Below are positions 30,064 to 39,753 of a DNA stretch of 64,000 nucleotides, in pieces. The position numbers and the translations under genes are program-made. Each line of letters opens with the position of its first letter. The stretch's first letter is position 1. The stretch covers positions 90,486-154,485 of the forward strand of contig BPJL01000001.1 of NCBI GenBank assembly GCA_026004595.1, read 5' to 3'. The stretch comes from Patescibacteria group bacterium (GTDB lineage Bacteria; Patescibacteriota; WWE3; UBA101185; UBA10185). The notes below the pieces were generated by a model. That model did not search any database and was not told the DNA's origin. It worked only from the letters and a program-made list of their open reading frames with translations.

Positions 30064-31704
30064 ATGGCTGCTAAAAATATAATTTATGGAGATGCCGCCC
30101 GAATGAAGCTTAAGGCGGGTGTGGACAAATTGGCTAAGGCGGTTTCTACAACCCTTGGTCCTAAAGGAGGAAATGTAGCTCTAGAAAAGAGTTGGGGGAC
30201 ACCTTCAGTTGTCCATGACGGAGTTACAGTTGCTAAGGAGATCGAATTAGAGGACAAGTTCGAAAACATGGGGGCGCAAATAGTTAAGGAAGCGGCTTCT
30301 AAGACCAACGATGTTGCCGGGGACGGCACCACAACTGCGACGGTTCTAGCCCAAGCAGTTGTAGAGGCGGGATTGAAGAATATTTCAGCCGGCGCCAATG
30401 CTATGATGGTCAAAAGAGGATTGGAAAAGGCCACTGACGCTGTAGTAGAAGAGATCAAAAACATGGCCAAGAAAATCTCCAGTAAGGAAGAAAGAGTTCA
30501 AGTCGCGACTATAGCAGCACAGAGCGAGGAAATAGGAAAAATAATTGCTGATGCTATGGAAAAGGTTGGTGAGCAAGGTGTCATCACGGTTGATGAATCC
30601 AAAGGTTTTGACATAGAGCTTGAGTACAAGGAAGGAATGCAATTTGACAAAGGCTACTCTTCCCCTTATTTCGTCACGAACGCTGAAAAGATGGAGGCAG
30701 TAATTGAAGAGCCCTACATTCTGATTACCGATTCCAAAATATCGGGTATGCAGGACCTCCTCCCAATGCTTGAAAGTTTTGTCAAGGTTTCCAAAAACCT
30801 TGTGATAATAGCTGACGATGTTGAAGGAGAAGCTCTGGCAACTTTAGTGGTCAACAAGTTAAGGGGAATTCTTAACGTTTTGGCTGTAAAGGCTCCGGGT
30901 TTTGGTGACAGGCGAAAGGCTATGATGGAAGATATTGCCATTCTGACTGGGGCAAGCTTTATAAGCCAAGAAACGGGCAGAAAGCTTGATTCTGTAACTA
31001 TTGATGACTTGGGGAGAGCCGACAGAGTAATAGCTGATAAAGACAACACAACTATAGTAGGAGGAAAAGGTGATGCTAAAGAATTGCAGGAGAGGATCAA
31101 GCAGATAAAGACCCAGATTGAGCAGACAAGTTCCGATTATGACAAAGACAAGATGAAGGAAAGGTTAGCAAAGCTTAGCGGCGGGGTTGCGGTTATAAAG
31201 GTTGGGGCGGCCACGGAAGCTGAATTGAAGGAATTAAAGCTAAGGGTGGAAGACGCTGTTAATGCTACAAAGGCTGCTGTGGAAGAGGGTATAGTGCCGG
31301 GAGGAGGGGTTACCTTCCTTAATGTAAGAAAGGCTATTCACAAACTTCAGTTAGAAGGTGATGAAAGGACAGGTGCAAAAATTCTTGAAGATGCTCTTGA
31401 AAAGCCGGCCCGTTTGCTTATTAGAAACACGGGGGCAGACGATGGGAAAGTTCTTGCTGAAATTGAGAGAAGATCTGCAGAAGAGAAGAACCAAAACATT
31501 GGCTACAATGTTGTGAAAATGGCCTTTGTAGATATGGTATTAGACGGAATAATTGATCCGGCTAAAGTTACGAGGAGCGCTCTTCAGAATGCAGTTTCTG
31601 CGGCTACAATGATTTTGACCACCGAATGTCTTGTTGCTGAGGCTCCAAAGAAAGAGGAACACACAGCCGCCAATCCCGGTATGGGAATGGATGATATGAT
31701 GTAA
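30064..31704 (+). CDS. groEL: Chaperonin GroEL
   Basis: [14 protein letters not shown], Gly/Met tail. Confidence 0.99.
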   Translation: MAAKNIIYGDAARMKLKAGVDKLAKAVSTTLGPKGGNVALEKSWGTPSVVHDGVTVAKEIELEDKFENMGAQIVKEAASKTNDVAGDGTTTATVLAQAVVEAGLKNISAGANAMMVKRGLEKATDAVVEEIKNMAKKISSKEERVQVATIAAQSEEIGKIIADAMEKVGEQGVITVDESKGFDIELEYKEGMQFDKGYSSPYFVTNAEKMEAVIEEPYILITDSKISGMQDLLPMLESFVKVSKNLVIIADDVEGEALATLVVNKLRGILNVLAVKAPGFGDRRKAMMEDIAILTGASFISQETGRKLDSVTIDDLGRADRVIADKDNTTIVGGKGDAKELQERIKQIKTQIEQTSSDYDKDKMKERLAKLSGGVAVIKVGAATEAELKELKLRVEDAVNATKAAVEEGIVPGGGVTFLNVRKAIHKLQLEGDERTGAKILEDALEKPARLLIRNTGADDGKVLAEIERRSAEEKNQNIGYNVVKMAFVDMVLDGIIDPAKVTRSALQNAVSAATMILTTECLVAEAPKKEEHTAANPGMGMDDMM

Positions 31705-31728
31705 GGCCTCTCACGATAAGCGAGAAAA

Positions 31729-31760
31729 GAAAAGGGGGCGCTTTTAAGCGCCCCCTTTTC
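31729..31760. terminator. Bidirectional intrinsic terminator between groEL and hsp20
   Basis: GAAAAGGGGGCGCTT-tt-AAGCGCCCCCTTTTC. Confidence 0.9.
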
Positions 31761-31776
31761 ATTCCCGCCATGGGAA

Positions 31777-32199
31777 TTATTTTTTCTTAATTTCTAGTTT
31801 TCGGGGTTTTTCTGCCTCGGTTTTGGGAATGGTGACTTTTACGACACCATTTTCAATTTCGGCACTTGCCCCCTCTGCATCAACTACTCTAGGCAAGGAG
31901 GTACTGTAGGTAAAGGAAGTTTGCCTTGTTGATTTGTAAACAGCTTTCTTTTTCTTTTTCTCTTCTTCAGATTCGGTCTGCTCAGCTTTTATTGTCAGAA
32001 TATTACCCTCTAAGGTGACTTCAAGGTTCTCTTCCTTTATGCCCGGTACCTGCGCTTCCACGACTATGGCGTCGTCAGTTTCGTAAATATCCATCCCCGA
32101 AGGTGTTTCAGTAATCTCTTCCCACCTAGGGAATGAAGGCCAAAAGTCATCTCCGAAGACGGATGGCAGTCCCCATTTATTCCATTTGACTATTGCCAT
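31777..32199 (-). CDS. Hsp20 small heat-shock protein
   Basis: MDIYET...VPG...ENGVVKVTIPK; GGAGG Shine-Dalgarno. Confidence 0.93.
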   Translation of the reverse strand: MAIVKWNKWGLPSVFGDDFWPSFPRWEEITETPSGMDIYETDDAIVVEAQVPGIKEENLEVTLEGNILTIKAEQTESEEEKKKKKAVYKSTRQTSFTYSTSLPRVVDAEGASAEIENGVVKVTIPKTEAEKPRKLEIKKK

Positions 32200-32223
32200 A
32201 ATCCTCACCTCCTCTCGTTTATC

Positions 32224-32252
32224 AGTATAATAGTGAGAGTGCTAATAGTCAA
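32224..32252 (-). promoter_or_regulatory. hsp20 promoter containing a CIRCE half-site
   Basis: TTGACT-17 nt-TATACT with TTAGCACTC in the spacer. Confidence 0.7.
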
Positions 32253-33118
32253 GATATTTTTAGTTTTTTGAGAATGTTTTTGTAGGATTCGAGGATTCTT
32301 CGAGAATTATCGTTTTTGTTGAAATGTATTATGTGCTTACCCAACACTTCGGTTGTGATTTTCTTTCTCATATAATGCAGCTGAGCTTCTCTTGCCATAT
32401 TTTCGAGCAGAGAAAATAAAAGGCCGGACGACGACTCGCTCCTTCCCTCAGTGTAATTGATGCGAAAATTTGGGTAGTAGTCCATAACCCAATTGTTCTG
32501 GCTTATAAACTTAAAATATGTATCGCCTTTGTTAACTATTGGTTGGATCATTACTATGTCCGAGGCAATGAAAATATTTCTTTTTTCCTTTTCCCATTGC
32601 ATTTTAGATTCATCTAGGAAAAGATTAGTGCAAAAGCTGCCTGGCTGGCCGTCGAATTGTGGGTGTTTATTTAATATTTTCAAAATTAGGGCGACAAACC
32701 CTCGGGTTATCCATAAGCGGTTCCTTTTGGTTATGAGCATCAAGTCAATGTCAGAATTTTTTTCTGGATTGTAGGCGGCTAATGAACCCGTTATCGCAAT
32801 CATTCTAACCCAAGGAATGCCGCCCAGAAATTTTAAGAGCGGGGTGTTTTCTTCTATTATCTTTTTGGAGAGTTTCTGTTTCGACAGCCAATTAGTGTAT
32901 TTTTCACCCAGTATTTCATACTTTCCATATATTTTTCTTGCCCACCTGTCTTTTATTAGTTTATTGAGAGCAGTTTTTAGTTTTTTACTGTTTGATGGAG
33001 AATCAGCTATCAAGTAAGTGCCTATTTGAAAGAAGCTCATGGGGTAATGAAACAAGGCTCTGTAAGCAAGGGTTCGTTTTATTGCGGATTCTACTCCTTT
33101 TCCGGTTCTTTTCGGCAT
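32249..33118 (-). CDS. Pol-beta superfamily nucleotidyltransferase-domain protein
   Basis: ITGSLA...SDIDL. Confidence 0.7.
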   Translation of the reverse strand: MPKRTGKGVESAIKRTLAYRALFHYPMSFFQIGTYLIADSPSNSKKLKTALNKLIKDRWARKIYGKYEILGEKYTNWLSKQKLSKKIIEENTPLLKFLGGIPWVRMIAITGSLAAYNPEKNSDIDLMLITKRNRLWITRGFVALILKILNKHPQFDGQPGSFCTNLFLDESKMQWEKEKRNIFIASDIVMIQPIVNKGDTYFKFISQNNWVMDYYPNFRINYTEGRSESSSGLLFSLLENMAREAQLHYMRKKITTEVLGKHIIHFNKNDNSRRILESYKNILKKLKIS

Positions 33119-33122
33119 TCTA

Positions 33123-33536
33123 TTACCCTTGCTTGTACATGTACTTATCTAATGCTTTGTTTACCAGAAGATCGGCATCGGTATTTTTCTCTCTCGGCAC
33201 ATGCTTAAATTCTATATGTTCAAATTTTTCAGCAAGTTCGGCCACTTTTTGAAAGAGGGGTTTTAGGCCGGCATTTTTTACCTTATATTCTCTGTTAAGC
33301 TGTTTCACTATCAATTCGCTGTCAAGATAACATATCAAATTGGCAATTTTTCTTTCTATTGCCGCTTTCAAGCCTTCTAGAACAGCTGTGTACTCTGCTT
33401 GATTATTTGTTGTTTCACCAATGTACACGCCCATCTCATATATTTTTTCCTTTCTCTCGTTTCTAATTACAATTCCTATTCCTGCAGGTCCGGGGTTTCC
33501 TCTGGCGCCCCCGTCTGTGTTTAATTGGTAAGTCAT
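33123..33536 (-). CDS. rnhA: Ribonuclease HI family
   Basis: TDGGARGNPG, TNNQAEY, DSEL. Confidence 0.93.
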   Translation of the reverse strand: MTYQLNTDGGARGNPGPAGIGIVIRNERKEKIYEMGVYIGETTNNQAEYTAVLEGLKAAIERKIANLICYLDSELIVKQLNREYKVKNAGLKPLFQKVAELAEKFEHIEFKHVPREKNTDADLLVNKALDKYMYKQG

Positions 33537-34138
33537 TTGATGTATTCCTTAAAAGAAAATTTTAATAATGAGAAAGCTAATCCTATTAACAACCCGCTGA
33601 ATAAGTAATTTGGGAGGGGTCTTTGGTCTCTTTTGACGACGGGTTCTTCAGAAATCGGCAGCACCTTGATGTTTTCGTCAGAGGCATTTGTTATTTTCTC
33701 CCCAGCTTCCAAGAAACGCTTGGAAAGAGAATCATAGATTTTGAGAGTTTTCTCGTTGTTGTAATCCGCTACAGCTAGTGAAACCACCTGCGGGCCTTTT
33801 TTATACACTTTGTAGGTTCTTGAGAGCTTTCTTAGGTTGTTGTCCGTAACGGCAAGTTTTAAGTCACCCAACACTGCGCTTTTTATGTTTTCACTTTCAA
33901 GCAAGGCAATTGCCGTATTTGTGTAGGATTGGGCGGTTTGCTGGGCGTAATACCCCTCATAAGTAAAAAACTCGTTGCTTGGTTTATCAGCAACTCTTCC
34001 TATAAAGTAATACCCCTCGGCTACGTATTTTCCCGGTATAAAAGTGGCTATAATGCCCAAAATGCCTCCGGAAACCGTCAAGATCAGTAGTTCTTTTTTT
34101 CGTGTGTTTAGTTTTTTTAAGATTTCCCTTAATTCCAT
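33533..34138 (-). CDS. Wzz/chain-length-determinant-like protein
   Basis: TMs at both termini around a periplasmic loop. Confidence 0.65.
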   Translation of the reverse strand: MELREILKKLNTRKKELLILTVSGGILGIIATFIPGKYVAEGYYFIGRVADKPSNEFFTYEGYYAQQTAQSYTNTAIALLESENIKSAVLGDLKLAVTDNNLRKLSRTYKVYKKGPQVVSLAVADYNNEKTLKIYDSLSKRFLEAGEKITNASDENIKVLPISEEPVVKRDQRPLPNYLFSGLLIGLAFSLLKFSFKEYIK

Positions 34139-34241
34139 CTGTATTTCCGCAGCGGGTCCACGGTCTATTGAATTATATCATTGTACCGCCCGTCCCTTTT
34201 TGGTTATACTTATAGCCAGAATTTGTTAAGAAACTGCCCTA

Positions 34242-37200
34242 ATGGTCAAAAATCAGTCCATTAAAAAAAATTCGCTAGTTCCGACAATTTTGGTCAGCGG
34301 AGGCGCGGGATTTGTCGGTTCTCATCTTGTTGAGGCACTGCTTTCCAACGGTGCGAGAGTTCTGGTATTGGATAATTTTAACACTGGAAAAGAAATTCAC
34401 GTAAAGCATCTTCTCGCTAATCCGAACTTTGCTCTCTTTAATGTGGATATAAATGAAGGACTTCCGCCTGAGATAGAGAGTGTTGATTATGTTTTTCACA
34501 TGGCCGGGTTAGAAGATTATATGTACAGCGGCGAAGATCCAACTCTTGACACTTTGCTGACAAACTCGCTCGGTACTAAGAATCTTCTCGATCTAGTTAA
34601 ACGCTCGGAGGCGAAGTTTGTTCTTATATCTACAATAGATGTGTATCAGGGGAGAATGTCGCAGGACGAGCTGGGAAAATATTTTGGTCTCTCAAAGCCT
34701 GAAGAAAACAAGTTCAGCTTGATTGAAGCGAAAAGGTTTGCCGAGGCAGTAGTTTGGGAATACTACAAAAAATATGATTTGGATGTTCGGATTGTTCGTC
34801 TTCCAGAAGTATACGGACCAAGAATGAATCTTGACTCAAGTGGGGCACTAGGAATTTTTATAAAAGCATTGCTTGATGGAAGGAATATTGAGGTTAGCAA
34901 TGACGGTGTTGAAAAAGAGTACTATCTTTATGTATCGGATGCGGTGAGCGGAATTTTAAGATCAATGTTCAACCAAGGGACAAAGGGAGGTATTTATTCT
35001 CTGGTACCTGATTCTCCGATAACCCAACTGGAGATTGCCTATCTTCTAAAGAGCTTGGCTGATGGAAACATTGCTATTACCTTCAAGAGCTCGGGGTTCT
35101 CTCTTCCTTTCAGAGGTCCCGCACCTGATACATATAATCTTAAGGATTTGGGTTGGAAGCCACGTATTGGTTTGAAGGCCGGGATAATAGACACTCTTAA
35201 GTCTTTTGGCTACACGGTAAATAGGAATACATTCAAGCCCGCGAGATATGTTGAAGAAAAACTTGTGGCAAAAGGTGTGCAGACAACAACGGTTAAACCG
35301 TCTGAAAATACACCTCCTGCAACTGCGCCGGTAACCTCCATTTATCCTGCGGACATGGCCACTCTTTACGCAAGGAATTATGTAAATAAGGAGAGGAAAC
35401 CACGAAAGAAAATAGATTTGGGATTTCTTTTCAGGCATAAAGGTGTAAAAGAGAGCAAGGAAAAAAGGGCAAAGACTGTCTTCTCCAATTCTAAGTTTTA
35501 TATTGCAACCGCAATTTTTATTTCCGCCATTCTTGTGTTTCTCATAAACCCACTTTTTAATTTATATTCCAATGTTAGTTCAGGTGTTACCGCTTTAAAT
35601 AACATAGAAAAGGCAGGGTATAGTTTAAATTTGGAAGAGCTTTCCAAAAACTCGGCGCTTGCCTCTCGTAAATTTGAAACAGCAACCAAAAATCTCTCAG
35701 ATTTAAAATGGCTTTTTTCGCTTTCAGGTAAATCTCCGGAGTACATAAGCTATTTTAGAATGTTAAACTCTCTAAAGAATTTTTCCGAATCGGTTGGCTA
35801 CTTAGCAAAATCGGCAGCTCCCCTTGAGGGAATGTGGGAAATACTTAGACCGGATACTCAGGATGTTCTTACCAAAGATATAATTGACAACGCAAAATTT
35901 GAAATAGGACAGGCTCAAAAACTTCTTTACCTAGCTGAGGCAGATTTTGGCGGGGTTGATAAAGTGCACATTCCCGAAAAATACAGAAAACATGCTGACA
36001 ACTATGAAAAATATATTTTAATTCTTCAACAAAATTTGAGTCTTACAACAAAAATCATAAGTGATGTAGCCAATGTTTTAGGTGTTGAGAAGGAAACGAC
36101 CTATATAATATGGTTTCAAAACTCAAACGAACTGCGTCCGACCGGAGGCTTTATCGGTTCTTATGGCTTGTTAACCTTTGATAAAGGAAAAATAAAAGAT
36201 CTAAAGATAGATGATATTTATAATCCTGACGGACAGATAAAATTAAGAGATATAAAAGTAGATGCCCCCGAAGTCATTTCCAGATATTTGCAGGAGGATA
36301 GATTGTTTTTAAGAAATTCCAATTGGGATCCAGATTTTCCAACAGCGGCGGGAGTCTTTGGCAATCTTTTTTACAGGATAGACGGCCAGGGTGTAGATGG
36401 TTACATAGCCGTGGACCTAAAGTTTGTTGAAGGGATACTACGTGCTACAGGACCGGTGTATCTTGCGGCATACAACGAGGAAATAAATACTGATAATCTT
36501 TACGAGAGAACGCAGTTCCACAGCGATTTTAATTACACCGAAGGATCCAACCAGAAAAAGTCATTTTTGACAGTTTTAGGTAGCAAACTTTTGGATAAGG
36601 TATTTTCTCTTCCAAAAGATAAAATACCAGATCTTCTTAACGAAATACAAAAGTCTTTGGACGAAAAGCACCTTCTTGTTTATCTTTCAAACGGAGCAAT
36701 AAACGAAGTTTTGAAGGAGAAAAATTGGAATGGACAGGTGGTTCCTGTTGAGGGGGATTATTTATATGTTGTTAACTCCAATCTTGGAGGAACAAAAGCT
36801 AATTATTTTGTTAAGAATTATATTGATTACGAAATAAGTTCCATGACAAGAGACGGGGTGTTGAGAGCTGTGCTTAAGCTGACCTATACCCATACCGGAG
36901 ATTCCATGGCTTGGCCTGGGGGGCCCTACAAAGATCATATAAGGGTGTTAGTCCAAAAAGGCGCCAAACTCACTGGAGCGGAATACATAGGGACCGATGG
37001 TTTATCAGAGAATGTGATGGAGAAAATATCTTTATCGCAATCAAATGGCTACGACGTGATGTCCTATGATTTGGTCCTGAACCCAAAGGAGACAGCCACT
37101 CTCATTATAAAGTACGATCTTGCCGAGAAGCTGAATATAACCAAGGATCGCGCTTCCTATTCATTATATGTTCAGAAACAGCCGGGGACAGACGCAGATC

Positions 37201-37337
37201 CTTTCAACTTTACCTTTAACGCTCCATTTGGCATGCAAATAACTAAGGCGAGCAAAGGACTGGACATATTGGATAATAAAATAGTGTCTTTATCCGAACT
37301 TAGAAATGATAAGAATTACTTTATAGAGTTGCGCTGA
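34242..37337 (+). CDS. NAD-dependent epimerase-like domain fused to TM and DUF4012 domain
   Basis: GGAGFVGSHL; FQNSNELRPTGGFIGSY, RNSNWDPDFP. Confidence 0.85.
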   Translation: MVKNQSIKKNSLVPTILVSGGAGFVGSHLVEALLSNGARVLVLDNFNTGKEIHVKHLLANPNFALFNVDINEGLPPEIESVDYVFHMAGLEDYMYSGEDPTLDTLLTNSLGTKNLLDLVKRSEAKFVLISTIDVYQGRMSQDELGKYFGLSKPEENKFSLIEAKRFAEAVVWEYYKKYDLDVRIVRLPEVYGPRMNLDSSGALGIFIKALLDGRNIEVSNDGVEKEYYLYVSDAVSGILRSMFNQGTKGGIYSLVPDSPITQLEIAYLLKSLADGNIAITFKSSGFSLPFRGPAPDTYNLKDLGWKPRIGLKAGIIDTLKSFGYTVNRNTFKPARYVEEKLVAKGVQTTTVKPSENTPPATAPVTSIYPADMATLYARNYVNKERKPRKKIDLGFLFRHKGVKESKEKRAKTVFSNSKFYIATAIFISAILVFLINPLFNLYSNVSSGVTALNNIEKAGYSLNLEELSKNSALASRKFETATKNLSDLKWLFSLSGKSPEYISYFRMLNSLKNFSESVGYLAKSAAPLEGMWEILRPDTQDVLTKDIIDNAKFEIGQAQKLLYLAEADFGGVDKVHIPEKYRKHADNYEKYILILQQNLSLTTKIISDVANVLGVEKETTYIIWFQNSNELRPTGGFIGSYGLLTFDKGKIKDLKIDDIYNPDGQIKLRDIKVDAPEVISRYLQEDRLFLRNSNWDPDFPTAAGVFGNLFYRIDGQGVDGYIAVDLKFVEGILRATGPVYLAAYNEEINTDNLYERTQFHSDFNYTEGSNQKKSFLTVLGSKLLDKVFSLPKDKIPDLLNEIQKSLDEKHLLVYLSNGAINEVLKEKNWNGQVVPVEGDYLYVVNSNLGGTKANYFVKNYIDYEISSMTRDGVLRAVLKLTYTHTGDSMAWPGGPYKDHIRVLVQKGAKLTGAEYIGTDGLSENVMEKISLSQSNGYDVMSYDLVLNPKETATLIIKYDLAEKLNITKDRASYSLYVQKQPGTDADPFNFTFNAPFGMQITKASKGLDILDNKIVSLSELRNDKNYFIELR

Positions 37338-37351
37338 TATAATAATAACAA

Positions 37352-39049
37352 ATGCCTTTAGCAGACATGCCCCAATCTCATAAACAGCACGCTGTCCCAC
37401 AGAATGTTATGAGTGTGGAATTTAAGCTTATCGGTGATCTCACAATGAGACAATTCGCGTACGTTTTCATTGCCGGGGTTCTTGCCTACCTTTCGTATGT
37501 ATTTTTTGTGGGTATTTTCAGATGGCCTTTGGTTTTTCTTATTGCATTTGGCGGAATCGGTTTTGCTTTTATTCCTGTACAGGAAAGGGGAATGGACGAG
37601 TGGATTATTAATTTTTTTAGGGCGATGTATTCTCCGACCCAGCGTATTTGGAGAAAGCAGCCTACGATACCAACCGCCTTTAGTTATGATAATCTCGCTG
37701 TTGTAAGACAAGAGCTTATAACACTTGCGCCTACCTCCAGTCGTAGAAAGCTTGAGGAATATCTTAAATATCAGGCCGGTGGTGAGGAAGTAGACCCGTT
37801 GGATATACCAGAAAGGGAGTATGCTCAAAAAGTTAGGGATGCTTTCCCTGGTGCCAGGAAGAAAAGCGAGGCAACTTCTACCGCGTTTTCAAGAAGTTCT
37901 TTCGGTCCCGCAATCGGTGTGCAGCCTACAGCCGTAACAACAATAGAAGGAGAAGCCATTCAGGAAGAAGAAGTTGTTACGCCGGTTTCTGTTGAAGTTA
38001 GTGCAGGTGAAGAGGTCGGTGTTGCAGCCAAGATTCCACAAGCCGAGGAACCAACTGTTCAAAAAGCGGAAGTTTCGGTTCAAACAGGTATTCAAAGAAG
38101 TAAGGACGCCGGTCTTTTTCATTTATTCAAGGCGAAAGAAGCTCAGAAGGCTAGGGAAGAGGCGCGAGCCGCCAAATTGGAAGATGGTGCCCCCCGTCTT
38201 TCTGCCCCATCTTCTAAGGCGTCGTCTATACCTCTTAAGCCGCTAACACCCGATATGCACTCTGGGCGAAGGTTTGTAAATCTACTGCCTTCAGAAGGCG
38301 AACTTATCCTTCCTATTAGAGGAGAGAGGGTGCTTAGAACTTCAGAAGAAATTTCTGTTGAAGAGACAATAAATGAAAAGGCAAGAAAGCTGCAGGAGTT
38401 GCTTAGGAGGATAAAGGAGGAAGAGGGGATTAAATCTGCCAAAGTTGTTGTAGCCCCAGTTTCGGTTGCCCAAAAGGAAGAACAGCGAGCTCAGGAGGTT
38501 CACGATGAGGCCAAAGATGTTGTTGATAAGCTTAAGATTCAGAGCGAAGAAATTAACGAAGAGATTAGAAGGCTTAAGAGAAATATTGAGTCAACCCACA
38601 CGCTCGGTTCCGCGTCCGAAACTCAAACAAGACTGTTGCAGGAGCTTGAGACCAAGAAACAGGCTGTTGAGGAAAGCTACCGTGTGCTTAGCCAAGGGAT
38701 CCAGAGTTTGAAATCAGAACCGAGAGAGAAAGTGGGAGCTGCTTCGGATATGATAAGAGACACATACCCAACAGAAAAAATTAGTCCTAATACTCTCCAT
38801 GGCGTGGTTAAAGACGCCAATGGAAAAGTACTGACTAATGTATTGTTAATAGTAAAGAATGAAGAAGATGAGCCGGTGAGAGCGCTAAAGACCGACAGCT
38901 TAGGAAGATTTGAGCTTCTGTCCGCACTGAACAATGGGAAATATACCATTGAAGTTAAGCCTTCAGATGAGCAAAAATTGTCGTTTGAAAAAATTTCTGT
39001 AGAATTAAAAGGTGATGTGGTTCCTCCTTTTGTAATATTGGGCAAATAG
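37352..39049 (+). CDS. PrgI-family protein with coiled coil and C-terminal prealbumin-like domain
   Basis: VPQNVMSVEFKLIGDLTMRQF; LHGVVKDANGK...LKTDSLGRF. Confidence 0.8.
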   Translation: MPLADMPQSHKQHAVPQNVMSVEFKLIGDLTMRQFAYVFIAGVLAYLSYVFFVGIFRWPLVFLIAFGGIGFAFIPVQERGMDEWIINFFRAMYSPTQRIWRKQPTIPTAFSYDNLAVVRQELITLAPTSSRRKLEEYLKYQAGGEEVDPLDIPEREYAQKVRDAFPGARKKSEATSTAFSRSSFGPAIGVQPTAVTTIEGEAIQEEEVVTPVSVEVSAGEEVGVAAKIPQAEEPTVQKAEVSVQTGIQRSKDAGLFHLFKAKEAQKAREEARAAKLEDGAPRLSAPSSKASSIPLKPLTPDMHSGRRFVNLLPSEGELILPIRGERVLRTSEEISVEETINEKARKLQELLRRIKEEEGIKSAKVVVAPVSVAQKEEQRAQEVHDEAKDVVDKLKIQSEEINEEIRRLKRNIESTHTLGSASETQTRLLQELETKKQAVEESYRVLSQGIQSLKSEPREKVGAASDMIRDTYPTEKISPNTLHGVVKDANGKVLTNVLLIVKNEEDEPVRALKTDSLGRFELLSALNNGKYTIEVKPSDEQKLSFEKISVELKGDVVPPFVILGK

Positions 39050-39050
39050 T

Positions 39051-39752
39051 ATGACAAACCAAAACATACCGGCAACTCAAGATCATCTCGATATTATGGA
39101 TATAAGAGATAACTTTGTTATTCTCAAGAATGGAGGTGTATGTGCGGTTCTACAGACTACGGCGGTCAATTTTGACCTTCTTTCGGAGATGGAGCAGGAT
39201 GCAATCATTGCGGCATTTTCTATGTTATTGAATTCAATAACATTTCCTATACAAGTTGTTATCAGATCAAGAAGGTTGGATATTTCTAAATATTTGGAAA
39301 AAGTATATAGAGTAGAAAGCAAACTGGCTGATCCTTTATTGAAACATCAGGCCTCCGCGTATAGAAAATTTGTTCAGGATGTGATAAAGAAGAACGATGT
39401 TCTGGACAAGAGATTTTATGTTGTTATTCCTACAAGTGTTGCTGAAAAAGCGCAACCGGGTTCAGGGCCGTTCGACTGGCTTATGAGACTGACGGGACAG
39501 CACAACAAGAGGGTTTCGTTTAATATTGAAAAGGCTCTCAACGACGGAAAGATAGAATTATCACCTAAAATTGATCACGTAATAAAAGAATTCAATAGAC
39601 TGGGAATCAAGACAAAGCAACTTACTACACAAGACTTAGTGGAGCTTTATTTTGATATTTATAATCCGACCTCTATCCATGGTCAAAGGATTAGGACGGG
39701 GGTTGATGATTATACGACGGCGATAGTAAACCCCGCAATCATTGAGGAGTAA
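39051..39752 (+). CDS. VirB4-associated (TraC N-terminal-like) protein
   Basis: VNFDLLSEMEQDAII...LNSITFPIQVVIRSR. Confidence 0.75.
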   Translation: MTNQNIPATQDHLDIMDIRDNFVILKNGGVCAVLQTTAVNFDLLSEMEQDAIIAAFSMLLNSITFPIQVVIRSRRLDISKYLEKVYRVESKLADPLLKHQASAYRKFVQDVIKKNDVLDKRFYVVIPTSVAEKAQPGSGPFDWLMRLTGQHNKRVSFNIEKALNDGKIELSPKIDHVIKEFNRLGIKTKQLTTQDLVELYFDIYNPTSIHGQRIRTGVDDYTTAIVNPAIIEE

Positions 39753-39753
39753 T

